Shown here piece after piece: positions 9,522-19,215 of a stretch of 64,000 nt of DNA. The notes under the pieces were generated by a model. That model saw only the letters and a program-made list of their open reading frames with translations. It made no database searches and was not told where the DNA came from. Position 1 is the stretch's first letter. Each line of letters opens with the position of its first letter. The position numbers and the translations under genes were made by a program. This DNA comes from Acidobacteriota bacterium (GTDB lineage: Bacteria > Acidobacteriota > UBA6911). The stretch is taken from NCBI GenBank assembly GCA_016934295.1, contig JAFGTD010000019.1:10950-74949 (forward strand), read 5' to 3'.

Positions 9522-10580
9522 ATGACATACACGGTACGTTCATGTTTTTTGTGCATCCTCCTGTTGTTTTGCTGGGGGTGTACTCAAAAAAGCGCCAGCC
9601 TTCAAAAAAGCGTTGTGCCTCCCGATCAAACCCTGTTTGAGACCGGAACCACCTTCCTGGACAAGGGACAGTATATTCGGTCCCGTCTGGCGCTGCAGAC
9701 CATGATTAATACCTACCCTGACAGTGAAATGACAGCCGATGCCTATTACGCCATAGGCGATTCTTACTATGAAGAAGGCGGCACGCAAAATTGGCTGCAG
9801 GCAGAACAGCAATATAAGGATTTCATTATCTTTTTCCCGGCGCATCCCAAGGCTCCGGACGCCCAGATGAAAATAGTGGCCGCTAATATGAAAATGATGG
9901 GGCCGGTCGACCGGGACCAGCAGTATACGCTACGGGCCGAACAGGAGGCGTATAAATTCCTGGAAATGTTTCCAGATGACGATTTTGCTCCGATTGTCAG
10001 GCAGCATCTGCTCATTATTCAGGATGCGCTGGCCCGAAAAGAAGAAGGCATCGGCGATTTCTACGCCAGACGCAGGAACCATGGAGCCGCTGTCGGGCGC
10101 TACCTGGTCGCCCTGGATAAATATCCGAACTATTACAATACTCCGGAAGTTCTTTTCAAAATGGCGGATTCTTTGCTGAAAAGCAATAATCCGGATGAAG
10201 CCGAAATATATCTGGATAAACTTGTGTCCGAGTATCCTTTCAGTGAAATTGCCGAAGAGGCAAAACAGCAGCTCTCTGATATGGGCAAACCGATTCCGGA
10301 GGTCAATACGGATCTTGCAGAGGTAAACGAGGCTAAAATGAGGAAACAGGACGGCTTTTCGCCCGTGAAACCGCTCCTGGACTTCGGAAAAGCTCTGGGT
10401 TTTATAGGACCTCCCGACCGGTATGAAGAAGCCAGGGAAATTATAAAGGCCGAAAAAGCGAAGGCTGCCAAAGAGGCGGCAGCAAAGGCCGCGCGTGAAG
10501 AGGAAAAGCCGGAAGGAATCGATATTATAGAAGAAATCAGAAAGCCGGTTTCCGAAGAAACTCAACCGGAAGAGGAGTAG
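9522..10580 (+). CDS. bamD: Outer membrane protein assembly factor BamD-like TPR lipoprotein
   Basis: Signal peptide with a lipobox (LLFCWGC) and TPR-like helices that match the BamD/YfiO N-terminal pattern. The C-terminal tail is low-complexity and rich in Lys, Ala and Glu. Confidence 0.7.
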   Translation: MTYTVRSCFLCILLLFCWGCTQKSASLQKSVVPPDQTLFETGTTFLDKGQYIRSRLALQTMINTYPDSEMTADAYYAIGDSYYEEGGTQNWLQAEQQYKDFIIFFPAHPKAPDAQMKIVAANMKMMGPVDRDQQYTLRAEQEAYKFLEMFPDDDFAPIVRQHLLIIQDALARKEEGIGDFYARRRNHGAAVGRYLVALDKYPNYYNTPEVLFKMADSLLKSNNPDEAEIYLDKLVSEYPFSEIAEEAKQQLSDMGKPIPEVNTDLAEVNEAKMRKQDGFSPVKPLLDFGKALGFIGPPDRYEEAREIIKAEKAKAAKEAAAKAAREEEKPEGIDIIEEIRKPVSEETQPEEE

Positions 10581-10643
10581 AATCTAAAGGATCCTTTCCA
10601 TAACGTCGAATACTATATTGGAACTGAAAACAGTGAGCTCAAT

Positions 10644-11441
10644 ATGACTCTGAAACTGTTCGTAGCCGATGATAGCCAAACAATACATAAAGTGATCGGC
10701 CTGGCCTTTGCCGATACGGAGACCGTTGTCGAATTCGCCAGTAGCGGGGATGCGGCGATGGACGGCATCCTTAAATTCCGTCCGGATATTGTATTGGCCG
10801 ACGTCTGCCTTCCGGGAATCAACGGGTATGAAATATGCGCCAGAATGAAGGATAATCCGGAACTGGATTCGATTCCGGTTGTCCTTTTAGTGGGAACATT
10901 CGAGCCCTTCGATGAGGCGGAAGCATCTCGCGCAGGGTGCGCTGCCTGGCTGACGAAACCTTTTGATACCTCCGAACTCATCGACGTCGTCCAGAAACAG
11001 GTCGGGAGGAATACCATGTCGCCGGAGAAAGAATCCGAAGCAAACCTTAATGCCGAAGTTGCAGAAGCATCCAGTGCCGCTGCGCCGAATGAAGGAGTCC
11101 CGAATGCAAAAATCCCGGTAACCAGACAAGCCTGGGATTCTTTTCTCGGAACCGACCGTGTCCTGGATGTTTTTGATGAAGGTTCCGTTGCGGCTGCAGA
11201 GCGTAAAATGGAATCAAAGTCCCTGTCGTTCGGAGGCTCGGATGCCCTGAGAGGCTCTCCCTCAATGCCTCCGGCCGTTTCCGCAGATCAGTTGCCCGAT
11301 GAAGTGCTGGATAAGATAGTAGAAAAAGTCGTGGAAAGAATGTCGGCGGACATTATCAGTGAAATAGCCTGGGAAGTGGTTCCGGAACTCTCTGAAATTT
11401 TAATTAAACGGTCGATCGAAGAAAGCAACAAGTCCGGTTAA
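10644..11441 (+). CDS. Response-regulator receiver-domain protein with a disordered linker and a conserved acidic helical C-terminus (possibly RomR-like)
   Basis: REC domain with the acceptor Asp in VLADVCLPG and a conserved Lys in LTKPF, with no DNA-binding output. A Pro/Ala/Ser-rich linker is followed by LPDEVLDKIVEKVVERMSADIISEIAWEVVPELSEILIKRSIEE. Confidence 0.6.
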   Translation: MTLKLFVADDSQTIHKVIGLAFADTETVVEFASSGDAAMDGILKFRPDIVLADVCLPGINGYEICARMKDNPELDSIPVVLLVGTFEPFDEAEASRAGCAAWLTKPFDTSELIDVVQKQVGRNTMSPEKESEANLNAEVAEASSAAAPNEGVPNAKIPVTRQAWDSFLGTDRVLDVFDEGSVAAAERKMESKSLSFGGSDALRGSPSMPPAVSADQLPDEVLDKIVEKVVERMSADIISEIAWEVVPELSEILIKRSIEESNKSG

Positions 11442-11822
11442 CGGGAAACCGGAAACAATACCCTCTTTCTCATTCCGGCAAGAGGGAAAGCTTGCCTCTG
11501 CCCGCTTTATACAGAAAAACTGCACTCCCGGGAATTGTAGATGCATTACAGGTTGTTTGAGTATGCAGCCCGTCGGCGTTCATCCGCTCAGTCGTGTCGT
11601 TATGGTCACCCCCCCATATTTTTCAGCCGGATCGCCACGAAACCTTGTGGGAAATGCGGGCCAGTGATAAGCGCGGGCTGGAAATGTATACTGGACGGGC
11701 CCCTGTATTTGGAATAAAATTCCACCTTTTATCCGATATCACCAGCGCGTATCTGCCGTTGCTGCCGGTCATATGCATAAAGAGGACCGCTACGGCCTGA
11801 TATCATGAAATAGAGGTTTTAA

Positions 11823-14495
11823 ATGTCCTGCGAGCCCCTTGCCAAATCTTACAGCCCGAAAGAGGTCGAGAAAAGGTGGTATCTCTTCTGGGAGGAAAAG
11901 AATTATTTCTTCGCCGACAATACGGCCGGGAATCCGCGTTTTTCGATTGTAATCCCGCCTCCCAATGTGACCGGGTCTCTTCATATGGGACATGCATTGC
12001 AGCATACGCTGCACGATATCCTTGTGCGATGGAAGCGAATGAGGGGATACAATACCCTCTGGCTGCCGGGAACAGACCATGCCAGTATCGCGGTGCATTA
12101 TGTCCTCGACAAACAACTAAGCGAAAAAAACAAAAATCGTTTCGATCTCGGCCGGGAAGAATTCCTGAAGCTCGCCTGGGAGTGGAAGAAGACCAGCGGA
12201 GGGACAATCCTTAATCAGATGCGGCGCATGGGAGTGTCCTGCGACTGGAGTCGTGAACGTTTCACTATGGATGACCGGCTTTCACGTGCGGTTGTTGAAG
12301 TGTTTGTCCGGTTGTACGAGGAAGGCTTGATTTATCGGGGCGAGTATATCGTCAATTGGTGCCCTCGCTGCAAGACGGCTATTTCCGACCTGGAAGTTGT
12401 CTACGAATCCGAAAATGGAAAACTGTGGCACCTTAAATATCCCGTGATTGGAAGTACGGAATATGTCAGCGTCGCCACAACGCGGCCGGAAACCATGCTT
12501 GGAGACGCAGCGGTCGCGGTACATCCGGAGGACGAACGGTACCGGCATCTGGTAGGGAAGAAGGTCCTTTTACCGGTGATGAACAGGGAAATTCCCGTTG
12601 TTGCGGATTCTTTTGTCGATCGGGAATTCGGTACCGGAGTCGTCAAGGTGACGCCGGCGCATGATCCGAATGATTATGAGGCCGGCAAGCGCCATGGTCT
12701 GGACCGGATAACGGTGATTGACGACGGCGGCATCATGACGGCATCGGCCGGGATTTACAGCGGGATGGATCGATATGCCTGCAGAAAGAAACTTCTGGAT
12801 CAGCTTGCGGCGGAAGATATTGTTTTGAAGACGGAGGACCACGTCCATAACGTCGGGCATTGTGATCGCTGTTCCACGGTGGTAGAGCCCAAAATATCCC
12901 TGCAGTGGTATCTGAAGGTCGATTCTCTTGCAAAGCCGGCCATTGAGGCTGTCGAAAGCGGGAAAATCCGGTTTATCCCGGACATTTTCAAAAAGCGTTA
13001 TTTTGAATGGATGTACAACATCCATGACTGGTGCATCTCACGACAGCTCTGGTGGGGGCACCGCATACCTGCCTGGTATTGCGATGCGTGCGGCCACATC
13101 GTCGTATCCCGCTCCACACCGTCAGAATGCGACAAATGCGCGGGGCCTCTGCGCGAAGAGAGCGATATTCTGGATACATGGTTCAGTTCCGCCCTCTGGC
13201 CTTTTACAACAATGGGCTGGCCCGATAAAACGGAAGATCTTAAAGCCTATTATCCGACCGATACATTAATTACGGGTCCGGACATTATCTTCTTCTGGGT
13301 AGCTCGAATGATTATGATGGGACTCAAATTCACGGGCGAAGTTCCTTTCCGGGAAGTGCACATTAACGGAATTGTTCGCGATGCCAACCGGAAGAAAATG
13401 AGTAAAACAAAAGGGAATATCATCGAACCGCTGGAACTTGTCGATCAGTACGGAGCCGACGCCGTGCGCTTTACACTCTCATCGATGGCTGTTCCGGGAA
13501 CGGACATCCCTTTCTCGTCCGACCGGATGAAAGGTTACAGCGCTTTCGCAAATAAAGTCTGGAACGCGGCACGCTTTGTTCTCATGAACCTGGCGAAAGA
13601 GGATTCCTATGTCGATCCGGATGAAATCGACAGCCTTCTTAAAAATAGCCGGGAAAGCCTACCCATCGAGGATCTTTGGATTCTGCATCGTTTGAACCGT
13701 GTTTCTACGGAAGTCTCGGAATCCCTTGAAAAGTATCGTTTCCATGAAGCTTCAGCCCTGATATACCAGTTTATCTGGCATGAGTTGTGCGACTGGTATA
13801 TTGAACTGGCGAAGCCGATTCTTACCGATCCCGCAGCGCCCGTAAAGGAAAGGGAATTCCGTTCCAAGATCCTGATTCACGTTGTCGATTCCGCCTTGCG
13901 GATCCTTCATCCGTTTATGCCGTTCTTAACCGAGGAAATCTGGCAGAAAATTCCCCATAGGGGCGATTCCATTATGGTTCAGGCCTATCCCGTTTTCAGA
14001 GAGGCAAGGGAGTATCCCAAGGCGGCTCAGAAAATGCAGGATCTGATGGAATTGATCAGCGAGATCCGTTCTTTGCGTGCAGAGATGAACATCGATCCCA
14101 GGCGGCTATTGGATGCAACGCTTCACATTCCGTCGGACGACGACAAAGATCTGGTGGAAAGGAACCTCGAAAAGGTTCTTACTTTGGCGAAGATTAAATC
14201 GGTTCAATTCTCGAACTCGTTGCCGGCGGAGATGCTTCGGGGTGTATGGCGGCTTGGGGAATTCGGCCTGGATATTAAGGGCGCGATTGACGTGGTGGCG
14301 GAAAGGGAAAGACTGCAGAAAGAAGAAGCGCGGATCAAGAAACAGATTGAGAATATAGAAAGGAAATTGAACAGTAGTGAATTTCTGTCCCGTGCACCGG
14401 AAAAAATAATATCAGAGAATAAAACCCGATATAAGGAACTGGAAGAAAGATACCTGAAAATTCAATCAAATTTAAAATATTTACCCGTTCAATAA
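11823..14495 (+). CDS. valS: Valine--tRNA ligase
   Basis: HIGH-type motif PNVTGSLHMGHA and KMSKS motif KMSKTKGN. Length is 890 aa with a C-terminal coiled coil. Confidence 0.95.
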   Translation: MSCEPLAKSYSPKEVEKRWYLFWEEKNYFFADNTAGNPRFSIVIPPPNVTGSLHMGHALQHTLHDILVRWKRMRGYNTLWLPGTDHASIAVHYVLDKQLSEKNKNRFDLGREEFLKLAWEWKKTSGGTILNQMRRMGVSCDWSRERFTMDDRLSRAVVEVFVRLYEEGLIYRGEYIVNWCPRCKTAISDLEVVYESENGKLWHLKYPVIGSTEYVSVATTRPETMLGDAAVAVHPEDERYRHLVGKKVLLPVMNREIPVVADSFVDREFGTGVVKVTPAHDPNDYEAGKRHGLDRITVIDDGGIMTASAGIYSGMDRYACRKKLLDQLAAEDIVLKTEDHVHNVGHCDRCSTVVEPKISLQWYLKVDSLAKPAIEAVESGKIRFIPDIFKKRYFEWMYNIHDWCISRQLWWGHRIPAWYCDACGHIVVSRSTPSECDKCAGPLREESDILDTWFSSALWPFTTMGWPDKTEDLKAYYPTDTLITGPDIIFFWVARMIMMGLKFTGEVPFREVHINGIVRDANRKKMSKTKGNIIEPLELVDQYGADAVRFTLSSMAVPGTDIPFSSDRMKGYSAFANKVWNAARFVLMNLAKEDSYVDPDEIDSLLKNSRESLPIEDLWILHRLNRVSTEVSESLEKYRFHEASALIYQFIWHELCDWYIELAKPILTDPAAPVKEREFRSKILIHVVDSALRILHPFMPFLTEEIWQKIPHRGDSIMVQAYPVFREAREYPKAAQKMQDLMELISEIRSLRAEMNIDPRRLLDATLHIPSDDDKDLVERNLEKVLTLAKIKSVQFSNSLPAEMLRGVWRLGEFGLDIKGAIDVVAERERLQKEEARIKKQIENIERKLNSSEFLSRAPEKIISENKTRYKELEERYLKIQSNLKYLPVQ

Positions 14496-14497
14496 TC

Positions 14498-15493
14498 ATG
14501 TCCAATATTCGAATTCCGGATATCCTCACCGACCTGTCTCATGTGGGAACGGCCGGACTGTTTTTTGGAGGATCCCCGGTTGTTTCACAGGAACTGGAGA
14601 TTTGTCGCCAATGGGGCTTCCGTATAGAACTTGAAAGCGACCGTGTTGTTCTTCGTTTCGACGACGACCAGGTTGTTCCGTATTGGATACAACGTGAAAC
14701 ACCGGATCTGGCATGGGACGGGCTGAGAGTCAACGGATTTCTGAGGGTCGATTCCACCAATAAGGAAGCCCTGTTGCAGGCGCGCATGGGTGCACCAAGC
14801 GGCACCCTGATATGCGCGGAAGAACAGACCGAAGGAAGGGGACGAGGAGACCGGATCTGGTATTCCCCCGCGAAAACCGGATTGTATTATTCGTTGATTG
14901 TCCGGCCCCAGCAGGAGCGCCGTTTCTGGCCTTTACTGACGCATTGTGCTTCCATTGCGCTGGTCCGGACCTTGCAGGATCTTGTTGATACTCAAGTTAT
15001 TGACCATCCTCTGGATATCGATATCAAATGGCCGAATGACGTACTGATTTCCGGGAAAAAATGTTCGGGAATCCTGCTGGAAACGATAACGGACGAGAAC
15101 AATCCGGCAGTGGTAATCGGTGTAGGCATCAACGTGCGTCGGGAAAGCGTCGCGGCTGAAATGTCCGATGACGCTATCTGCATTGATGAGCCGGCGCAAA
15201 CGGTCGTGCCGCGGAGAAAGATTCTTGTGGGTTTCCTGCAGCATTTTCAAGTTGTTTACATTTCTTTCGAAAAAGGAAAGTATGGAGAGATACTGGATAG
15301 CTGGAAGCGCTGCTCCACAATGTGGGAGAATGCGCGGATATGGATTGAGAAAGGAGGACGCCGCCGCTCTGCCGTGACGTGCGGCCTCAATGAGATCGGC
15401 GCTTTGTTGGTAAAATACGAGGACGGATCCAGGGAAACCATCGTCGCCGGCGATGTCCGCATTAAACATTCCCAGTCAGGCGTCGCCGATTGA
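14498..15493 (+). CDS. birA: Biotin--[acetyl-CoA-carboxylase] ligase (BirA) with a non-HTH N-terminal extension
   Basis: BPL motif GRGRGDRIWYSP together with KWPNDVL and the C-terminal domain. The roughly 85-aa N-terminus has no recognisable helix-turn-helix. Confidence 0.8.
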   Translation: MSNIRIPDILTDLSHVGTAGLFFGGSPVVSQELEICRQWGFRIELESDRVVLRFDDDQVVPYWIQRETPDLAWDGLRVNGFLRVDSTNKEALLQARMGAPSGTLICAEEQTEGRGRGDRIWYSPAKTGLYYSLIVRPQQERRFWPLLTHCASIALVRTLQDLVDTQVIDHPLDIDIKWPNDVLISGKKCSGILLETITDENNPAVVIGVGINVRRESVAAEMSDDAICIDEPAQTVVPRRKILVGFLQHFQVVYISFEKGKYGEILDSWKRCSTMWENARIWIEKGGRRRSAVTCGLNEIGALLVKYEDGSRETIVAGDVRIKHSQSGVAD

Positions 15494-15625
15494 AGAACTC
15501 TCCCAAATGTATCATAAATGCAGTCGGGGAACCGCTAACGCTGCTCTGCCTTAACTATTCCGGAAATATGAGGCATTTTATAATCGTATGAACTGAAACC
15601 GTGAATTCAGTATTAAAGGAGATGC

Positions 15626-16597
15626 ATGTTATTTAAACGGTCTTCCGAAGAACGGAACGGGAAAAAGCCCGGCTTGTTCGCGAAAATGAAGGAAGCTCTT
15701 GGGGCTACCAAGGATAATCTCGTCGGGAAAATTGAATCGGTTCTTTCTTCGCGGCCGACAATTGACGAAGAAGTGCTCGACGATCTTGAGGGCACATTGC
15801 TTTCGGCAGACCTCGGGGTGCGGGTAACGGAAAAAATTATGCATGCCATCCGTGAGAAGCAAAAGAAACAGCTCCTGACGACGGCGGAGGAGGCAAAGGA
15901 AGAGATCAGAAGCCAGCTTTATTCGATTCTGAATGTTAAGGAAGTAAAGGAACCTTCTCGGAGGGGCGACGCTATCCAGGTATGGATGGTTGTCGGAGTG
16001 AACGGGACAGGGAAGACGACCACAATAGGAAAGCTGTCGGCGAGGGTGTCGCAAGATGGAAATAAAGTTCTTGTGTGTGCGGCGGATACTTACCGTCCCG
16101 CGGCGATTGAACAATTGAGCGTGTGGGCCGAACGTTCCGGAGCTGATCTGGTTAAAAGCAGGATCGGCATGGATCCTTCGGCCGTGCTGCATGATGCCCT
16201 GGCGGCGGCGACGGCAAGGAAAAGCGACGTTGTAATTATCGATACTGCAGGCAGACTTCATACCAAGGAGAACCTGATGCAGGAACTGGAAAAAATGCGT
16301 CGTGTCGCCGGGAAAAAGATACCCGGCGCTCCCCACGAAGTGCTTCTGGTCATCGATGCGACCACCGGGCAGAACGGTTTGTCTCAGGCGCGCGAATTTA
16401 TGAAGTTTACGGGCATCACCGGGCTCGTTATCACAAAGCTGGACGGGACGGCCAAAGGGGGGATTGTATTCAGCATCAGCCAGGAACTCGGCATACCTGT
16501 CCGATATATAGGCGTGGGAGAATCATTGGAGGACCTTCTGGAGTTTTCTCCGGATGCCTTTGTCGGGTCCCTGTTTAACGAGGCATCCCTGCCTTAA
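15626..16597 (+). CDS. ftsY: Signal recognition particle receptor FtsY (short, NG-domain form)
   Basis: SRP-GTPase motifs GVNGTGKTTTIGKL and DTAGRLH, plus TKLDG. Confidence 0.9.
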   Translation: MLFKRSSEERNGKKPGLFAKMKEALGATKDNLVGKIESVLSSRPTIDEEVLDDLEGTLLSADLGVRVTEKIMHAIREKQKKQLLTTAEEAKEEIRSQLYSILNVKEVKEPSRRGDAIQVWMVVGVNGTGKTTTIGKLSARVSQDGNKVLVCAADTYRPAAIEQLSVWAERSGADLVKSRIGMDPSAVLHDALAAATARKSDVVIIDTAGRLHTKENLMQELEKMRRVAGKKIPGAPHEVLLVIDATTGQNGLSQAREFMKFTGITGLVITKLDGTAKGGIVFSISQELGIPVRYIGVGESLEDLLEFSPDAFVGSLFNEASLP

Positions 16598-16703
16598 GGA
16601 ACGGTTTGTCTCCCCCTGCAATTCACAATGCGGGATTTATGGTTCGTTCCTTCTTTCCATCTCTTCAGTGCATGATTAATCAGCGGATAAGGGAATTCAA
16701 CCC

Positions 16704-18461
16704 GTGGATATGACAGCTGCAACAACACAGGATCAAGTTATCCTCCATCACAATTCCTCTTCGCAATGGCTTCGTTTTAAAAATCCGTTCCAGGTAATAG
16801 AGGCAAGAAAAATTGAAGACGTGCAATCGATTCTGCAGGATATTGAGGCGAAGGTGAGGGAACAGGGCCGGTACGCCGCCGGTTTTATCAGCTATGAAGC
16901 GTCCGCGGCTTTTGATCCCGCCATACGAACGAAAACGACCGCGGATTTTCCATTGCTCTGGTTCGGGCTATACCCACCTCCGGAAAGAATCCAACTGCGC
17001 GAACCGGATTTCATGGCTTATTCCATGGGCGACTGGGTGCCTTCCATTAACAAATCGCGGTATTTCAACGCGATATCCAAAATCAAGGAACATATTCAAT
17101 CCGGGGATACCTATCAGGTTAACTACACGTTTCAGCTGCACGTCCCGTTTTCCGGGGATCCCTGGAATCTGTTTCTCTCAATGGTGCGTGCGCAAAATCC
17201 GGGGTATGCCGCATGGGTGGATACCGGACGCTATGCAATATGTTCCGCTTCTCCGGAATTGTTTTTCGATCAGAGGGGGAGTCGACTGATCTGCAAACCT
17301 ATGAAGGGAACGGTTAAACGCGGGCGTACGCTCCATGAGGATGAATCCCTGGCCCGGTGGCTCCATCATTCTGAAAAGAACCGCGCGGAAAACCTTATGA
17401 TTGTGGACATGATACGTAACGATCTGGGTCGCGTTGCCGAAGCGGGGAGCGTGGAAGTGGAAAAACTTTTTGAGGTCGAACGTCACCCGACACTGTGGCA
17501 GATGACTTCGACCATACGGGCGGAATCCACAAAATCATTGGCCGAAATCATGGCTGCACTTTTCCCCTGCGCTTCGATAACCGGCGCTCCCAAGATCCGG
17601 ACCACGCGCATAATTGCCGATCTCGAACAGTCGGGTCGAAACATTTATACAGGCTGTATAGGATATATCGGTCCGGAGCCCAGCGCTCAGTTCAATGTCG
17701 CCATCAGGACGGCAGTGGTCGATCGATGGAATGCAACGGCGGAATACGGCACCGGAGGAGGCATCGTGTGGGATTCGGCCAGCAAAGAGGAATACACCGA
17801 GGCCATACTGAAAGCACGCGTTCTTACATTACAGCAGCCTGATTTCTCTCTGCTGGAATCCTTGTTGTGGACACCGGATGAGGGATATTTTTTATTGGAA
17901 TATCATATGAAGCGGCTGGAGGATTCGGCCCGATATTTTGATTATCCCGCTGATATTCAGAATATAAAAGACGCCCTGCATGCGAAGGCTTCTGTTTTTG
18001 GAGAGGCGGATCGGAAGGTTCGTTTGTTGGTCGATCGGAATGGTTCCATCGAAATCCAGTTCTTGCCGTTGATTCCTGAAGAATCGCCGAAGCGCGTGAA
18101 GGTGAAAATAGCCGCAAAGCCGGTGAACTCAACGGATATTTTTCTTTACCATAAGACTACTTCCCGCCATATCTACGAATCAGCGCGATTGGCGTGTCCC
18201 GATTGCGACGATGTTTTGTTATGGAATGAACGTCAGGAGTTAACGGAGTCGAGCGTCGCGAATATTGTAGTGGAAATTGCCGGAGAGCTCTATACGCCCC
18301 CGGTGGAAGCAGGACTTCTCGGAGGTGTTTTTCGCGCCTGGTTGCTCGAACAGGGAAAAGTCCGGGAACGCGTTCTTCATGTTTCCGACATCAAAAATTT
18401 CAGTAATATCTACCTGATTAATTCCGTCCGCAAATGGCAGGAAGCCGAACTGTTCGAATAG
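16704..18461 (+). CDS. pabB: Aminodeoxychorismate synthase component I fused to aminodeoxychorismate lyase (PabB-PabC fusion)
   Basis: The N-terminal ~380 aa are a chorismate-binding enzyme (GAPKIRTTRII, IYTGCIGYIG). The C-terminal ~200 aa resemble class-IV aminotransferase / ADC lyase. The whole is one 585-aa ORF. Confidence 0.8.
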   Translation: MDMTAATTQDQVILHHNSSSQWLRFKNPFQVIEARKIEDVQSILQDIEAKVREQGRYAAGFISYEASAAFDPAIRTKTTADFPLLWFGLYPPPERIQLREPDFMAYSMGDWVPSINKSRYFNAISKIKEHIQSGDTYQVNYTFQLHVPFSGDPWNLFLSMVRAQNPGYAAWVDTGRYAICSASPELFFDQRGSRLICKPMKGTVKRGRTLHEDESLARWLHHSEKNRAENLMIVDMIRNDLGRVAEAGSVEVEKLFEVERHPTLWQMTSTIRAESTKSLAEIMAALFPCASITGAPKIRTTRIIADLEQSGRNIYTGCIGYIGPEPSAQFNVAIRTAVVDRWNATAEYGTGGGIVWDSASKEEYTEAILKARVLTLQQPDFSLLESLLWTPDEGYFLLEYHMKRLEDSARYFDYPADIQNIKDALHAKASVFGEADRKVRLLVDRNGSIEIQFLPLIPEESPKRVKVKIAAKPVNSTDIFLYHKTTSRHIYESARLACPDCDDVLLWNERQELTESSVANIVVEIAGELYTPPVEAGLLGGVFRAWLLEQGKVRERVLHVSDIKNFSNIYLINSVRKWQEAELFE

Positions 18462-18513
18462 AAACTATATCAAAAAAGTTGAATTTCCTGAAGCATGCCT
18501 CTTCACGTGGACT

Positions 18514-18538
18514 GCCCGCAGGAGGACGATCCTGCAGG
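18514..18538. terminator. Imperfect hairpin between convergent pabBC and crp-like genes (possible bidirectional terminator)
   Basis: CCCGCAGG-aggacgat-CCTGCAGG pairs at 7 of 8 positions. There is no clear U-tract. Confidence 0.3.
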
Positions 18539-18546
18539 CTGTTCGG

Positions 18547-19215
18547 CTATTCTTTTAACAGCGCCTGGGGATCCAGCAGCGTCATGCGGCGCTGGTCTAC
18601 TTCAAGAATGCCTTCTTCGCGGAGACGGGCTATAACCCGGGTGACGGTTTCCCTTGAAGTTCCAACCATTTCAGAAAGTTCCTGGTGCGTTATTTTAAGA
18701 TCAATGATCGTTCCGTGTGCGTCCTGTACTCCGTGTCGTTGAGCCAGATCATAAATTCCCATACGGATTCTGGCGTCGGCTTTGCTGGAACTTAAGCTTT
18801 GCTTCTGCCAGACCTGGCGGAGACGTGTGCACAACACATTGATGATTTGCAGCAGGACTTTCTCGTTATTCATAAGGTATTTATGAAAGTCGGTGCCGCT
18901 GACTGAAATTATCTTGGAATCTTCCATCGCGGAAACGGTTGCAGGGGAGGTTTTGCCATCCAGCAGGGACATCTCGCCGAAAAAATCGCCGGCTTTATGA
19001 ATGGCCAGGATGGTTTCTCTGCCGGAAGAAGTCGATTTGGCAACCTTGACCTTCCCGGTGAGTACCAGATACATATAATTTCCCGTCTCTTCTTCCATGA
19101 AGATAATCTGATTCCTACGATAGGATCGTTGTATAAATATATGCTGTAACGCGTTGAATTCTTCATCCGTCAAAGTAGAAAACAGCGGGACTTTACGAAT
19201 TTGTTCTGCTTTCAT
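18547..19215 (-). CDS. Crp/Fnr-family transcriptional regulator
   Basis: N-terminal cNMP-binding domain and a C-terminal HTH (SRETVTRVIARLREEG). Its start overlaps the upstream ORF stop as ATGA. Confidence 0.85.
   Translation of the reverse strand: MKAEQIRKVPLFSTLTDEEFNALQHIFIQRSYRRNQIIFMEEETGNYMYLVLTGKVKVAKSTSSGRETILAIHKAGDFFGEMSLLDGKTSPATVSAMEDSKIISVSGTDFHKYLMNNEKVLLQIINVLCTRLRQVWQKQSLSSSKADARIRMGIYDLAQRHGVQDAHGTIIDLKITHQELSEMVGTSRETVTRVIARLREEGILEVDQRRMTLLDPQALLKE

Noticed and set aside
10440-10520. Low-complexity repeat at DNA level (GCNAAAGMGGC...) suggesting a tandem repeat or minisatellite
   Set aside because: It encodes the Lys/Ala/Glu-rich C-terminal tail of the BamD-like protein and is not a non-coding repeat.
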